A DNA stretch of 64,000 nucleotides from Paragordius varius. Lineage: Eukaryota > Animalia > Nematomorpha. The notes beneath the pieces were generated by a model. The model saw only the letters and a program-made list of their open reading frames with translations. It did not search any database and had not been told where the DNA came from. This document shows, one piece after another, positions 40,767-55,800 of this stretch; position 1 is the stretch's first letter, and every line of letters begins with the position of its first letter. A program made the position numbers and the translations under genes. The stretch spans positions 14,074,001 to 14,138,000 of the forward strand of contig OZ176053.1 of NCBI GenBank assembly GCA_964247055.1, read 5' to 3'.

Positions 40767-43700
40767 TTACTCCGATCTCGAAAATATTTGGGGTGATGAT
40801 GGAACTACCATAGGGCTACCCAAAAAAAATTATGGTGACATAACCTGATCAAATTTGGATTTTAGGTAGCCATTTTTATTTTTAAAATCGTATAAAATAA
40901 ATTTTTTAAATATTTAAAAAATTCATAAAAATTATATTTATACTCCGATCTCGAAAATATTTGGGGTGATGATGGAACTACCATAGGGCTACCCAAAAAA
41001 AATTATGGCGACATCACCTGATCAAATCTGGATTTTAGGTAGCCATTTTTATTTTTAAAATCGTATAAAATAAATTTTTTAAATATTTAAAAAATTCATA
41101 AAAATTATATTTTTACTCCGATCTCGAAAATATTTGGGGTGATGATGGAACTACCATAGGGCTACCCAAAAAAAATTATGGTGACATAACCTGATCAAAT
41201 TTGGATTTTAGGTAGCCATTTTTATTTTTAAAATCGTATAAAATAAATTTTTTAAATATTTTAAAAATTCAAAAAAATTACATTTATACTCCGATCTCGA
41301 CAATATTTGGGATGATGATGGAATTACCTTAGGGCTACCCAAAAAAAATTATGGTGACATCACCTGATCAAATTTGGATTTTAAGTAGCCATTTTTATTT
41401 TTAATATCGTATAAAATAAATTTTTTAAATATTTAAAAAATTCATAAAAATTACATTTATACTCCGATCTCGACAATATTTGGGGTGATGATGGAACTAC
41501 CATAGGGCTACCCAAAAAAAATTATGGCGACATCACCTGATCAAATCTGGATTTTAGGTAGCCATTTTTATTTTTAAATTGTATAAAATAAATTTTTTAA
41601 ATATTTAAAAAATTCATAAAAATTATATTTATACTCCGATCTCGAAAATATTTGGGGTGATGATGGAATTACCTTAGGGCTACCCAAAAAAAATTATGGC
41701 GACATCACCTGATCAAATCTGGATTTTAGGAAGCCATTTTTATTTTTAAAATCGTATAAAATAAATTTTTTAAATATTTAAAAAATTCATAAAAATTATA
41801 TTTATACTCCGATCTCGAAAATATTTGGGGTGATGATGGAACTACCATAGGGCTACCCAAAAAAAATTATGGTGACATAACCTGATCAAATTTGGATTTT
41901 AGGTAGCCATTTTTATTTTTAAAATCGTATAAAATAAATTTTTTAAATATTTAAAAAATTCATAAAAATTATATTTATACTCCGATCTCGAAAATATTTG
42001 GGGTGATGATGGAACTACCATAGGGCTACCCAAAAAAAATTATGGCGACATCACCTGATCAAATCTGGATTTTAGGTAGCCATTTTTATTTTTAAAATCG
42101 TATAAAATAAACATTTTAAATATTTAAAAAATTCATAAAAATTATATTTATACTCCGATCTCGAAAATATTTGGGGTGATGATGGAACTACCATAGGGCT
42201 ACCTAAAAAAAATTATGGTGACATAACCTGATCAAATTTGGATTTTAGGTTGCCATTTTTATTTTTAAAATCGTATAAAATAAATTTTATAAATATTTAA
42301 AAAATTCATAAAAATTATATTTATACTCCGATCTCGAAAATATTTGGGGTGATGATGGAACTACCATAGGGCTACCCAAAAAAAATTATGGCGACATCAC
42401 CTGATCAAATCTGGATTTTAGGTAGCCATTTTTATTTTTAAAATCGTATAAAATAAACTTTTTAAATATTTAAAAAATTCATAAAAATTATATTTATACT
42501 CCGATCTCGAAAATATTTGGGGTGATGATGGAATTACTATAGGGCTACCCAAAAAAAATTATGGTGACATCACCTGATCAAATTTGGATTTTAGGTAGCC
42601 ATTTTTATTTTTAATATCGTATAAAATAAATTTTTTAAATATTTAAAAAATTCATAAAAATTACATTTATACTCCGATCTCGACAATATTTGGGGTGATG
42701 ATGGAATTACCATAGGGCTACCCAAAAAAAATTATGGTGACATCACCTGATCAAATTTGGATTTTAGGTAGCCATTTTTATTTTTAAAATCGTATAAAAT
42801 AAATTTTTTAAATATTTAAAAAATTCAAAAAAATTACATATTTACTCCGATCTCGACAATATTTGGGGTGATGATGGAATTACCTTAGGGCTACCCAAAA
42901 AAAATTATGGTGACATCACCTGATCAAATTTGGATTTTAGGTAGCCATTTTTATTTTTAAAATCGTATAAAATAAATTTTTTAAATATTTAAAAAATTCA
43001 TAAAAATTATATTTATACTCCGATCTCGAAAATATTTGGGGTGATGATGGAATTACCTTAGGGCTACCCAAAAAAAATTATGGCGACATCACCTGATCAA
43101 ATCTGGATTTTAGGAAGCCATTTTTATTTTTAAAATCGTATAAAATAAATTTTTTAAATATTTAAAAAATTCATAAAAATTATATTTATACTCCGATCTC
43201 GAAAATATTTGGGGTGATGATGGAACTACCATAGGGCTACCCAAAAAAAATTATGGTGACATAACCTGATCAAATTTGGATTTTAGGTAGCCATTTTTAT
43301 TTTTAAAATCGTATAAAATAAATTTTTTAAATATTTAAAAAATTCATAAAAATTATATTTATACTCCGATCTCGAAAATATTTGGGGTGATGATGGAACT
43401 ACCATAGGGCTACCCAAAAAAAATTATGGCGACATCACCTGATCAAATCTGGATTTTAGGTAGCCATTTTTATTTTTAAAATCGTATAAAATAAACATTT
43501 TAAATATTTAAAAAATTCATAAAAATTATATTTATACTCCGATCTCGAAAATATTTGGGGTGATGATGGAACTACCATAGGGCTACCTAAAAAAATTATG
43601 GTGACATAACCTGATCAAATTTGGATTTTAGGTTGCCATTTTTATTTTTAAAATCGTATAAAATAAATTTTTTAAATATTTAAAAAATTCAAAAAAATTT

Positions 43701-46700
43701 CATTTATACTCCGATCTCGAAAATATTTGGGGTGATGATGGAACTACCATAGGGCTACCCAAAAAAAATTATGGTGACATAACCTGATCAAATTTGGATT
43801 TTAGGTAGCCATTTTTATTTTTAAAATCGTATAAAATAAATTTTTTAAATATTTAAAAAATTCATAAAAATTACATTTATACTCCGATCTCGACAATATT
43901 TGGGGTGATGATGGAACTACCATAGGGCTACCCAAAAAAAATTATGGTGACATCACCTGATCAGATTGGGATTTTAGGTAGCCATTTTTATTTTTAAAAT
44001 CGTATAAAATAAATTTTTTAAATATTTAAAAAATTCATAAAAATTACATTTATACTCCGATCTCGAAAATATTTGGGGTGATGATGGAACTACCATAGGG
44101 CTACCCAAAAAAAATTATGGTGACATCACCTGATCAAATTTGGATTTTAGGTAGCCATTTTTATTTTTAAAATCGTATAAAATAAATTTTTTAAATATTT
44201 AAAAAATTCATAAAAATTACATTTATACTCCGATCTCGAAAATATTTGGGGTGATGATGGAACTACCATAGGGCTACCCAAAAAAAAATATGGTGACATC
44301 ACCTGATCAAATTTGGATTTTATGTAGCCATTTTTATTTTTAAAATCGTATAAAATAAATTTTTTAAATATTTAAAAAATTCATAAAAATTACATTTATA
44401 CTCCGATCTCGAAAATATTTGGGGTGATGATGGAACTACCATAGGGCTACCCAAAAAAAATTATGGCGACATCACCTGATCAAATTTGGATTTTAGGTAG
44501 CCATTTTTATTTTTAAAATCGTATAAAATAAATTTTTTAAATATTTTAAAAATTCAAAAAAATTACATTTATACTCCGATCTCGACAATATTTGGGATGA
44601 TGATAGAATTACCTTAGGGCTACCCAAAAAAAATTATGGTGACATCACCTGATCAAATTTGGATTTTAAGTAGCCATTTTTATTTTTAATATCGTATAAA
44701 ATAAATTTTTTAAATATTTAAAAAATTCATAAAAATTACATTTATACTCCGATCTCGACAATATTTGGGGTGATGATGGAACTACCATAGGGCTACCCAA
44801 AAAAAATTATGGCGACATCACCTGATCAAATCTGGATTTTAGGTAGCCATTTTTATTTTTAAATTGTATAAAATAAATTTTATAAATATTTAAAAAATTC
44901 ATAAAAATTATATTTATACTCCGATCTCGAAAATATTTGGGGTGATGATGGAATTACCTTAGGGCTACCCAAAAAAAATTATGGCGACATCACCTGATCA
45001 AATCTGGATTTTAGGAAGCCATTTTTATTTTTAAAATCGCATAAAATAAATTTTTTAAATATTTAAAAAATTCATAAAAATTATATTTATACTCCGATCT
45101 CGAAAATATTTGGGGTGATGATGGAACTACCATAGGGCTACCCAAAAAAAATTATGGTGACATAACCTGATCAAATTTGGATTTTAGGTAGCCATTTTTA
45201 TTTTTAAAATCGTATAAAATAAATTTTTTAAATATTTAAAAAATTCATAAAAATTATATTTTTACTCCGATCTCGAAAATATTTGGGGTGATGATGGAAC
45301 TACCATAGGGCTACCCAAAAAAAATTATGGTGACATAACCTGATCAAATTTGGATTTTAGGTAGCCATTTTTATTTTTAAAATCGTATAAAATAAATTTT
45401 TTAAATATTTAAAAAATTCATAAAAATTATATTTATACTCCGATCTCGAAAATATTTGGGGTGATGATGGAACTACCATAGGGCTACCCAAAAAAAATTA
45501 TGGCGACATCACCTGATCAAATCTGGATTTTAGGTAGCCATTTTTATTTTTAAAATCGTATAAAATAAATTTTTTAAATATTTAAAAAATTCATAAAAAT
45601 TATATTTTTACTCCGATCTCGAAAATATTTGGGGTGATGATGGAACTACCATAGGGCTACCCAAAAAAAATTATGGAGACATAACCTGATCAAATTTGGA
45701 TTTTAGGTAGCCATTTTTATTTTTAAAATCGTATAAAATAAATTTTTTAAATATTTTAAAAATTCAAAAAAATTACATTTATACTCCGATCTCGACAATA
45801 TTTGGGATGATGATGGAATTACCTTAGGGCTACCCAAAAAAAATTATGGTGACATCACCTGATCAAATTTGGATTTTAAGTAGCCATTTTTATTTTTAAT
45901 ATCGTATAAAATAAATTTTTTAAATATTTAAAAAATTCATAAAAATTACATTTATACTCCGATCTCGACAATATTTGGGGTGATGATGGAACTACCATAG
46001 GGCTACCCAAAAAAAATTATGGCGACATCACCTGATCAAATCTGGATTTTAGGTAGCCATTTTTATTTTTAAATTGTATAAAATAAATTTTTTAAATATT
46101 TAAAAAATTCATAAAAATTATATTTATACTCCGATCTCGAAAATATTTGGGGTGATGATGGAATTACCTTAGGGCTACCCAAAAAAAATTATGGCGACAT
46201 CACCTGATCAAATCTGGATTTTAGGAAGCCATTTTTATTTTTAAAATCGTATAAAATAAATTTTTTAAATATTTAAAAAATTCATAAAAATTATATTTAT
46301 ACTCCGATCTCGAAAATATTTGGGGTGATGATGGAACTACCATAGGGCTACCCAAAAAAAATTATGGTGACATAACCTGATCAAATTTGGATTTTAGGTA
46401 GCCATTTTTATTTTTAAAATCGTATAAAATAAATTTTTTAAATATTTAAAAAATTCATAAAAATTATATTTATACTCCGATCTCGAAAATATTTGGGGTG
46501 ATGATGGAACTACCATAGGGCTACCCAAAAAAAATTATGGCGACATCACCTGATCAAATCTGGATTTTAGGTAGCCATTTTTATTTTTAAAATCGTATAA
46601 AATAAACATTTTAAATATTTAAAAAATTCATAAAAATTATATTTATACTCCGATCTCGAAAATATTTGGGGTGATGATGGAACTACCATAGGGCTACCTA

Positions 46701-49700
46701 AAAAAAATTATGGTGACATAACCTGATCAAATTTGGATTTTAGGTTGCCATTTTTATTTTTAAAATCGTATAAAATAAATTTTATAAATATTTAAAAAAT
46801 TCATAAAAATTATATTTATACTCCGATCTCGAAAATATTTGGGGTGATGATGGAACTACCATAGGGCTACCCAAAAAAAATTATGGCGACATCACCTGAT
46901 CAAATCTGGATTTTAGGTAGCCATTTTTATTTTTAAAATCGTATAAAATAAACTTTTTAAATATTTAAAAAATTCATAAAAATTATATTTATACTCCGAT
47001 CTCGAAAATATTTGGGGTGATGATGGAATTACTATAGGGCTACCCAAAAAAAATTATGGTGACATCACCTGATCAAATTTGGATTTTAGGTAGCCATTTT
47101 TATTTTTAATATCGTATAAAATAAATTTTTTAAATATTTAAAAAATTCATAAAAATTACATTTATACTCCGATCTCGACAATATTTGGGGTGATGATGGA
47201 ATTACCATAGGGCTACCCAAAAAAAATTATGGTGACATCACCTGATCAAATTTGGATTTTAGGTAGCCATTTTTATTTTTAAAATCGTATAAAATAAATT
47301 TTTTAAATATTTAAAAAATTCAAAAAAATTACATATTTACTCCGATCTCGACAATATTTGGGGTGATGATGGAATTACCTTAGGGCTACCCAAAAAAAAT
47401 TATGGTGACATCACCTGATCAAATTTGGATTTTAGGTAGCATTTTTATTTTTAAAATCGTATAAAATAAATTTTTTAAATATTTAAAAAATTCATAAAAA
47501 TTATATTTATACTCCGATCTCGAAAATATTTGGGGTGATGATGGAATTACCTTAGGGCTACCCAAAAAAAATTATGGCGACATCACCTGATCAAATCTGG
47601 ATTTTAGGAAGCCATTTTTATTTTTAAAATCGTATAAAATAAATTTTTTAAATATTTAAAAAATTCATAAAAATTATATTTATACTCCGATCTCGAAAAT
47701 ATTTGGGGTGATGATGGAACTACCATAGGGCTACCCAAAAAAAATTATGGTGACATAACCTGATCAAATTTGGATTTTAGGTAGCCATTTTTATTTTTAA
47801 AATCGTATAAAATAAATTTTTTAAATATTTAAAAAATTCATAAAAATTATATTTATACTCCGATCTCGAAAATATTTGGGGTGATGATGGAACTACCATA
47901 GGGCTACCCAAAAAAAATTATGGCGACATCACCTGATCAAATCTGGATTTTAGGTAGCCATTTTTATTTTTAAAATCGTATAAAATAAACATTTTAAATA
48001 TTTAAAAAATTCATAAAAATTATATTTATACTCCGATCTCGAAAATATTTGGGGTGATGATGGAACTACCATAGGGCTACCTAAAAAAATTATGGTGACA
48101 TAACCTGATCAAATTTGGATTTTAGGTTGCCATTTTTATTTTTAAAATCGTATAAAATAAATTTTTTAAATATTTAAAAAATTCAAAAAAATTTCATTTA
48201 TACTCCGATCTCGAAAATATTTGGGGTGATGATGGAACTACCATAGGGCTACCCAAAAAAAATTATGGTGACATAACCTGATCAAATTTGGATTTTAGGT
48301 AGCCATTTTTATTTTTAAAATCGTATAAAATAAATTTTTTAAATATTTAAAAAATTCATAAAAATTACATTTATACTCCGATCTCGACAATATTTGGGGT
48401 GATGATGGAACTACCATAGGGCTACCCAAAAAAAATTATGGTGACATCACCTGATCAGATTGGGATTTTAGGTAGCCATTTTTATTTTTAAAATCGTATA
48501 AAATAAATTTTTTAAATATTTAAAAAATTCATAAAAATTACATTTATACTCCGATCTCGAAAATATTTGGGGTGATGATGGAACTACCATAGGGCTACCC
48601 AAAAAAAATTATGGTGACATCACCTGATCAAATTTGGATTTTAGGTAGCCATTTTTATTTTTAAAATCGTATAAAATAAATTTTTTAAATATTTAAAAAA
48701 TTCATAAAAATTACATTTATACTCCGATCTCGAAAATATTTGGGGTGATGATGGAACTACCATAGGGCTACCCAAAAAAAAATATGGTGACATCACCTGA
48801 TCAAATTTGGATTTTATGTAGCCATTTTTATTTTTAAAATCGTATAAAATAAATTTTTTAAATATTTAAAAAATTCATAAAAATTACATTTATACTCCGA
48901 TCTCGAAAATATTTGGGGTGATGATGGAACTACCATAGGGCTACCCAAAAAAAATTATGGCGACATCACCTGATCAAATTTGGATTTTAGGTAGCCATTT
49001 TTATTTTTAAAATCGTATAAAATAAATTTTTTAAATATTTTAAAAATTCAAAAAAATTACATTTATACTCCGATCTCGACAATATTTGGGATGATGATAG
49101 AATTACCTTAGGGCTACCCAAAAAAAATTATGGTGACATCACCTGATCAAATTTGGATTTTAAGTAGCCATTTTTATTTTTAATATCGTATAAAATAAAT
49201 TTTTTAAATATTTAAAAAATTCATAAAAATTACATTTATACTCCGATCTCGACAATATTTGGGGTGATGATGGAACTACCATAGGGCTACCCAAAAAAAA
49301 TTATGGCGACATCACCTGATCAAATCTGGATTTTAGGTAGCCATTTTTATTTTTAAATTGTATAAAATAAATTTTTTAAATATTTAAAAAATTCATAAAA
49401 ATTATATTTATACTCCGATCTCGAAAATATTTGGGGTGATGATGGAATTACCTTAGGGCTACCCAAAAAAAATTATGGCGACATCACCTGATCAAATCTG
49501 GATTTTAGGAAGCCATTTTTATTTTTAAAATCGTATAAAATAAATTTTTTAAATATTTAAAAAATTCATAAAAATTATATTTATACTCCGATCTCGAAAA
49601 TATTTGGGGTGATGATGGAACTACCATAGGGCTACCCAAAAAAAATTATGGTGACATAACCTGATCAAATTTGGATTTTAGGTAGCCATTTTTATTTTTA

Positions 49701-52700
49701 AAATCGTATAAAATAAATTTTTTAAATATTTAAAAAATTCATAAAAATTATATTTATACTCCGATCTCGAAAATATTTGGGGTGATGATGGAACTACCAT
49801 AGGGCTACCCAAAAAAAATTATGGCGACATCACCTGATCAAATCTGGATTTTAGGTAGCCATTTTTATTTTTAAAATCGTATAAAATAAACATTTTAAAT
49901 ATTTAAAAAATTCATAAAAATTATATTTATACTCCGATCTCGAAAATATTTGGGGTGATGATGGAACTACCATAGGGCTACCTAAAAAAAATTATGGTGA
50001 CATAACCTGATCAAATTTGGATTTTAGGTTGCCATTTTTATTTTTAAAATCGTATAAAATAAATTTTATAAATATTTAAAAAATTCATAAAAATTATATT
50101 TATACTCCGATCTCGAAAATATTTGGGGTGATGATGGAACTACCATAGGGCTACCCAAAAAAAATTATGGCGACATCACCTGATCAAATCTGGATTTTAG
50201 GTAGCCATTTTTATTTTTAAAATCGTATAAAATAAACTTTTTAAATATTTAAAAAATTCATAAAAATTATATTTATACTCCGATCTCGAAAATATTTGGG
50301 GTGATGATGGAATTACTATAGGGCTACCCAAAAAAAATTATGGTGACATCACCTGATCAAATTTGGATTTTAGGTAGCCATTTTTATTTTTAATATCGTA
50401 TAAAATAAATTTTTTAAATATTTAAAAGATTCATAAAAATTACATTTATACTCCGATCTCGACAATATTTGGGGTGATGATGGAATTACCATAGGGCTAC
50501 CCAAAAAAAATTATGGTGACATCACCTGATCAAATTTGGATTTTAGGTAGCCATTTTTATTTTTAAAATCGTATAAAATAAATTTTTTAAATATTTAAAA
50601 AATTCAAAAAAATTACATATTTACTCTGATCTCGACAATATTTGGGGTGATGATGGAATTACCTTAGGGCTACCCAAAAAAAATTATGGTGACATCACCT
50701 GATCAAATTTGGATTTTAGGTAGCCATTTTTATTTTTAAAATCGTATAAAATAAATTTTTTAAATATTTAAAAAATTCATAAAAATTATATTTATACTCC
50801 GATCTCGAAAATATTTGGGGTGATGATGGAATTACCTTAGGGCTACCCAAAAAAAATTATGGCGACATCACCTGATCAAATCTGGATTTTAGGAAGCCAT
50901 TTTTATTTTTAAAATCGTATAAAATAAATTTTTTAAATATTTAAAAAATTCATAAAAATTATATTTATACTCCGATCTCGAAAATATTTGGGGTGATGAT
51001 GGAACTACCATAGGGCTACCCAAAAAAAAATATGGTGACATAACCTGATCAAATTTGGATTTTAGGTAGCCATTTTTATTTTTAAAATCGTATAAAATAA
51101 ATTTTTTAAATATTTAAAAAATTCATAAAAATTATATTTATACTCCGATCTCGAAAATATTTGGGGTGATGATGGAACTACCATAGGGCTACCCAAAAAA
51201 AATTATGGCGACATCACCTGATCAAATCTGGATTTTAGGTAGCCATTTTTATTTTTAAAATCGTATAAAATAAACATTTTAAATATTTAAAAAATTCATA
51301 AAAATTATATTTATACTCCGATCTCGAAAATATTTGGGGTGATGATAGAACTACCATAGGGCTACCTAAAAAAATTATGGTGACATAACCTGATCAAATT
51401 TGGATTTTAGGTTGCCATTTTTATTTTTAAAATCGTATAAAATAAATTTTTTAAATATTTAAAAAATTCAAAAAAATTTCATTTATACTCCGATCTCGAA
51501 AATATTTGGGGTGATGATGGAACTACCATAGGGCTACCCAAAAAAAATTATGGTGACATAACCTGATCAAATTTGGATTTTAGGTAGCCATTTTTATTTT
51601 TAAAATCGTATAAAATAAATTTTTTAAATATTTAAAAAATTCATAAAAATTACATTTATACTCCGATCTCGACAATATTTGGGGTGATGATGGAACTACC
51701 ATAGGGCTACCCAAAAAAAATTATGGTGACATCACCTGATCAGATTGGGATTTTAGGTAGCCATTTTTATTTTTAAAATCGTATAAAATAAATTTTTTAA
51801 ATATTTAAAAAATTCATAAAAATTACATTTATACTCCGATCTCGAAAATATTTGGGGTGATGATGGAACTACCATAGGGCTACCCAAAAAAAATTATGGT
51901 GACATCACCTGATCAAATTTGGATTTTAGGTAGCCATTTTTATTTTTAAAATCGTATAAAATAAATTTTTTAAATATTTAAAAAATTCATAAAAATTACA
52001 TTTATACTCCGATCTCGAAAATATTTGGGGTGATGATGGAACTACCATAGGGCTACCCAAAAAAAAATATGGTGACATCACCTGATCAAATTTGGATTTT
52101 ATGTAGCCATTTTTATTTTTAAAATCGTATAAAATAAATTTTTTAAATATTTAAAAAATTCATAAAAATTACATTTATACTCCGATCTCGAAAATATTTG
52201 GGGTGATGATGGAACTACCATAGGGCTACCCAAAAAAATTATGGTGACATCACCTGATCAAATTTGGATTTTAGGTAGCCATTTTTATTTTTAAAATCGT
52301 ATAAAATAAATTTTTTAAATATTTAAAAAATTCAAAAAAATTACATATTTACTCCGATCTCGACAATATTTGGGGTGATGATGGAATTACCTTAGGGCTA
52401 CCCAAAAAAAATTATGGTGACATCACCTGATCAAATTTGGATTTTAGGTAGCCATTTTTATTTTTAAAATCGTATAAAATAAATTTTTTAAATATTTAAA
52501 AAATTCATAAAAATTATATTTATACTCCGATCTCGAAAATATTTGGGGTGATGATGGAATTACCTTAGGGCTACCCAAAAAAAATTATGGCGACATCACC
52601 TGATCAAATCTGGATTTTAGGAAGCCATTTTTATTTTTAAAATCGTATAAAATAAATTTTTTAAATATTTAAAAAATTCATAAAAATTATATTTATACTC

Positions 52701-55700
52701 CGATCTCGAAAATATTTGGGGTGATGATGGAACTACCATAGGGCTACCCAAAAAAAATTATGGTGACATAACCTGATCAAATTTGGATTTTAGGTAGCCA
52801 TTTTTATTTTTAAAATCGTATAAAATAAATTTTTTAAATATTTAAAAAATTCATAAAAATTATATTTATACTCCGATCTCGAAAATATTTGGGGTGATGA
52901 TGGAACTACCATAGGGCTACCCAAAAAAAATTATGGCGACATCACCTGATCAAATCTGGATTTTAGGTAGCCATTTTTATTTTTAAAATCGTATAAAATA
53001 AACATTTTAAATATTTAAAAAATTCATAAAAATTATATTTATACTCCGATCTCGAAAATATTTGGGGTGATGATGGAACTACCATAGGGCTACCCAAAAA
53101 AAATTATGGCGACATCACCTGATCAAATCTGGATTTTAGGTAGCCATTTTTATTTTTAAAATCGTATAAAATAAACATTTTAAATATTTAAAAAATTCAT
53201 AAAAATTATATTTATACTCCGATCTCGAAAATATTTGGGGTGATGATGGAACTACCATAGGGCTACCTAAAAAAAATTATGGTGACATAACCTGATCAAA
53301 TTTGGATTTTAGGTTGCCATTTTTATTTTTAAAATCGTATAAAATAAATTTTTTAAATATTTAAAAAATTCAAAAAAATTACATTTATACTCCGATCTCG
53401 AAAATATTTGGGGTGATGATGGAACTACCATAGGGCTACCCAAAAAAAATTATGGTGACATAACCTGATCAAATTTGAATTTTAGGTAGCCATTTTTATT
53501 TTTAAAATCGTATAAAATAAATTTTTTAAATATTTAAAAAATTCATAAAAATTACATTTATACTCCGATCTCGAAAATATTTGGGGTGATGATGGAACTA
53601 CCATAGGGCTACCCAAAAAAAATTATGGCGACCTCACCTGATCAAATTTGGATTTTAGGTAGCCATTTTTATTTTTAAAATCGTATAAAATAAATTTTTT
53701 AAATATTTAAAAAATTCAAAAAAATTACATTTATACTCCGATCTCGACAATATTTGGGGTGATGATGGAACTACCATAGGGCTACCCAAAAAAAATTATG
53801 GTGACATAACCTGATCAAATTTGGATTTTAGGTAGCCATTTTTATTTTTCAAATCGTATAAAATAAATTTTTTAAATATTTAAAAAATTCATAAAAATTA
53901 CATTTATACTCCGATCTCGAAAATATTTGGGGTGATGATGGAACTACCATAGGGCTACCCAAAAAAAATTATGGCGACCTCACCTGATCAAATTTGGATT
54001 TTAGGTAGCCATTTTTATTTTTAAAATCGTATAAAATAAATTTTTTAAATATTTAAAAAATTCATAAAAATTATATTTATACTCCGATCTCGAAAATATT
54101 TGGGGTGATGATGGAACTACCATAGGGCTACCCAAAAAAAATTATGGTGACATAACCTGATCAAATTTGGATTTTAGGTAGCCATTTTTATTTTTAAAAT
54201 CGTATAAAATAAATTTTATAAATATTTAAAAAATTCATAAAAATTATATTTATACTCCGATCTCGAAAATATTTGGGGTGATGATGGAACTACCATAGGG
54301 CTACCCAAAAAAAATTATGGCGACATCACCTGATCAAATCTGGATTTTAGGTAGCCATTTTTATTTTTAAAATCGTATAAAATAAACTTTTTAAATATTT
54401 AAAAAATTCATAAAAATTATATTTATACTCCGATCTCGAAAATATTTGGGGTGATGATGGAATTACTATAGGGCTACCCAAAAAAAATTATGGTGACATC
54501 ACCTGATCAAATTTGGATTTTAGGTAGCCATTTTTATTTTTAATATCGTATAAAATAAATTTTTTAAATATTTAAAAAATTCATAAAAATTACATTTATA
54601 CTCCGATCTCGACAATATTTGGGGTGATGATGGAATTACCATAGGGCTACACAAAAAAAATTATGGTGACATCACCTGATCAAATTTGGATTTTAGGTAG
54701 CCATTTTTATTTTTAAAATCGTATAAAATAAATTTTTTAAATATTTAAAAAATTCAAAAAAATTACATATTTACTCCGATCTCGACAATATTTGGGGTGA
54801 TGATGGAATTACCTTAGGGCTACCCAAAAAAAATTATGGTGACATCACCTGATCAAATTTGGATTTTAGGTAGCCATTTTTATTTTTAAAATCGTATAAA
54901 ATAAATTTTTTAAATATTTAAAAAATTCATAAAAATTATATTTATACTCCGATCTCGAAAATATTTGGGGTGATGATGGAATTACCTTAGGGCTACCCAA
55001 AAAAAATTATGGCGACATCACCTGATCAAATCTGGATTTTAGGAAGCCATTTTTATTTTTAAAATCGTATAAAATAAATTTTTTAAATATTTAAAAAATT
55101 CATAAAAATTATATTTATACTCCGATCTCGAAAATATTTGGGGTGATGATGGAACTACCATAGGGCTACCCAAAAAAAATTATGGTGACATAACCTGATC
55201 AAATTTGGATTTTAGGTAGCCATTTTTATTTTTAAAATCGTATAAAATAAATTTTTTAAATATTTAAAAAATTCATAAAAATTATATTTATACTCCGATC
55301 TCGAAAATATTTGGGGTGATGATGGAACTACCATAGGGCTACCCAAAAAAAATTATGGCGACATCACCTGATCAAATCTGGATTTTAGGTAGCCATTTTT
55401 ATTTTTAAAATCGTATAAAATAAACATTTTAAATATTTAAAAAATTCATAAAAATTATATTTATACTCCGATCTCGAAAATATTTGGGGTGATGATGGAA
55501 CTACCATAGGGCTACCTAAAAAAATTATGGTGACATAACCTGATCAAATTTGGATTTTAGGTTGCCATTTTTATTTTTAAAATCGTATAAAATAAATTTT
55601 TTAAATATTTAAAAAATTCAAAAAAATTTCATTTATACTCCGATCTCGAAAATATTTGGGGTGATGATGGAACTACCATAGGGCTACCCAAAAAAAATTA

Positions 55701-55800
55701 TGGTGACATCACCTGATCAGATTGGGATTTTAGGTAGCCATTTTTATTTTTAATATCGTATAAAATAAATTTTTTAAATATTTAAAAAATTCATAAAAAT
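40767..55800 (+). repeat. 19-mer (3,285-bp) HOR domain with nested 8-mer and a 26-mer (4,494-bp) tandem duplication
   Basis: AAATTGTA at 41576, 44861, 46071, 49355. TCAGATTGGG at 43961, 48455, 51740, 55717. ACCTAA+GGTTGCC monomers at 42201, 43585, 46696, 48079, 49980, 51364, 53265, 55514. Offsets of ~1384, ~1901, ~3285 and ~4494 recur. Confidence 0.88.
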
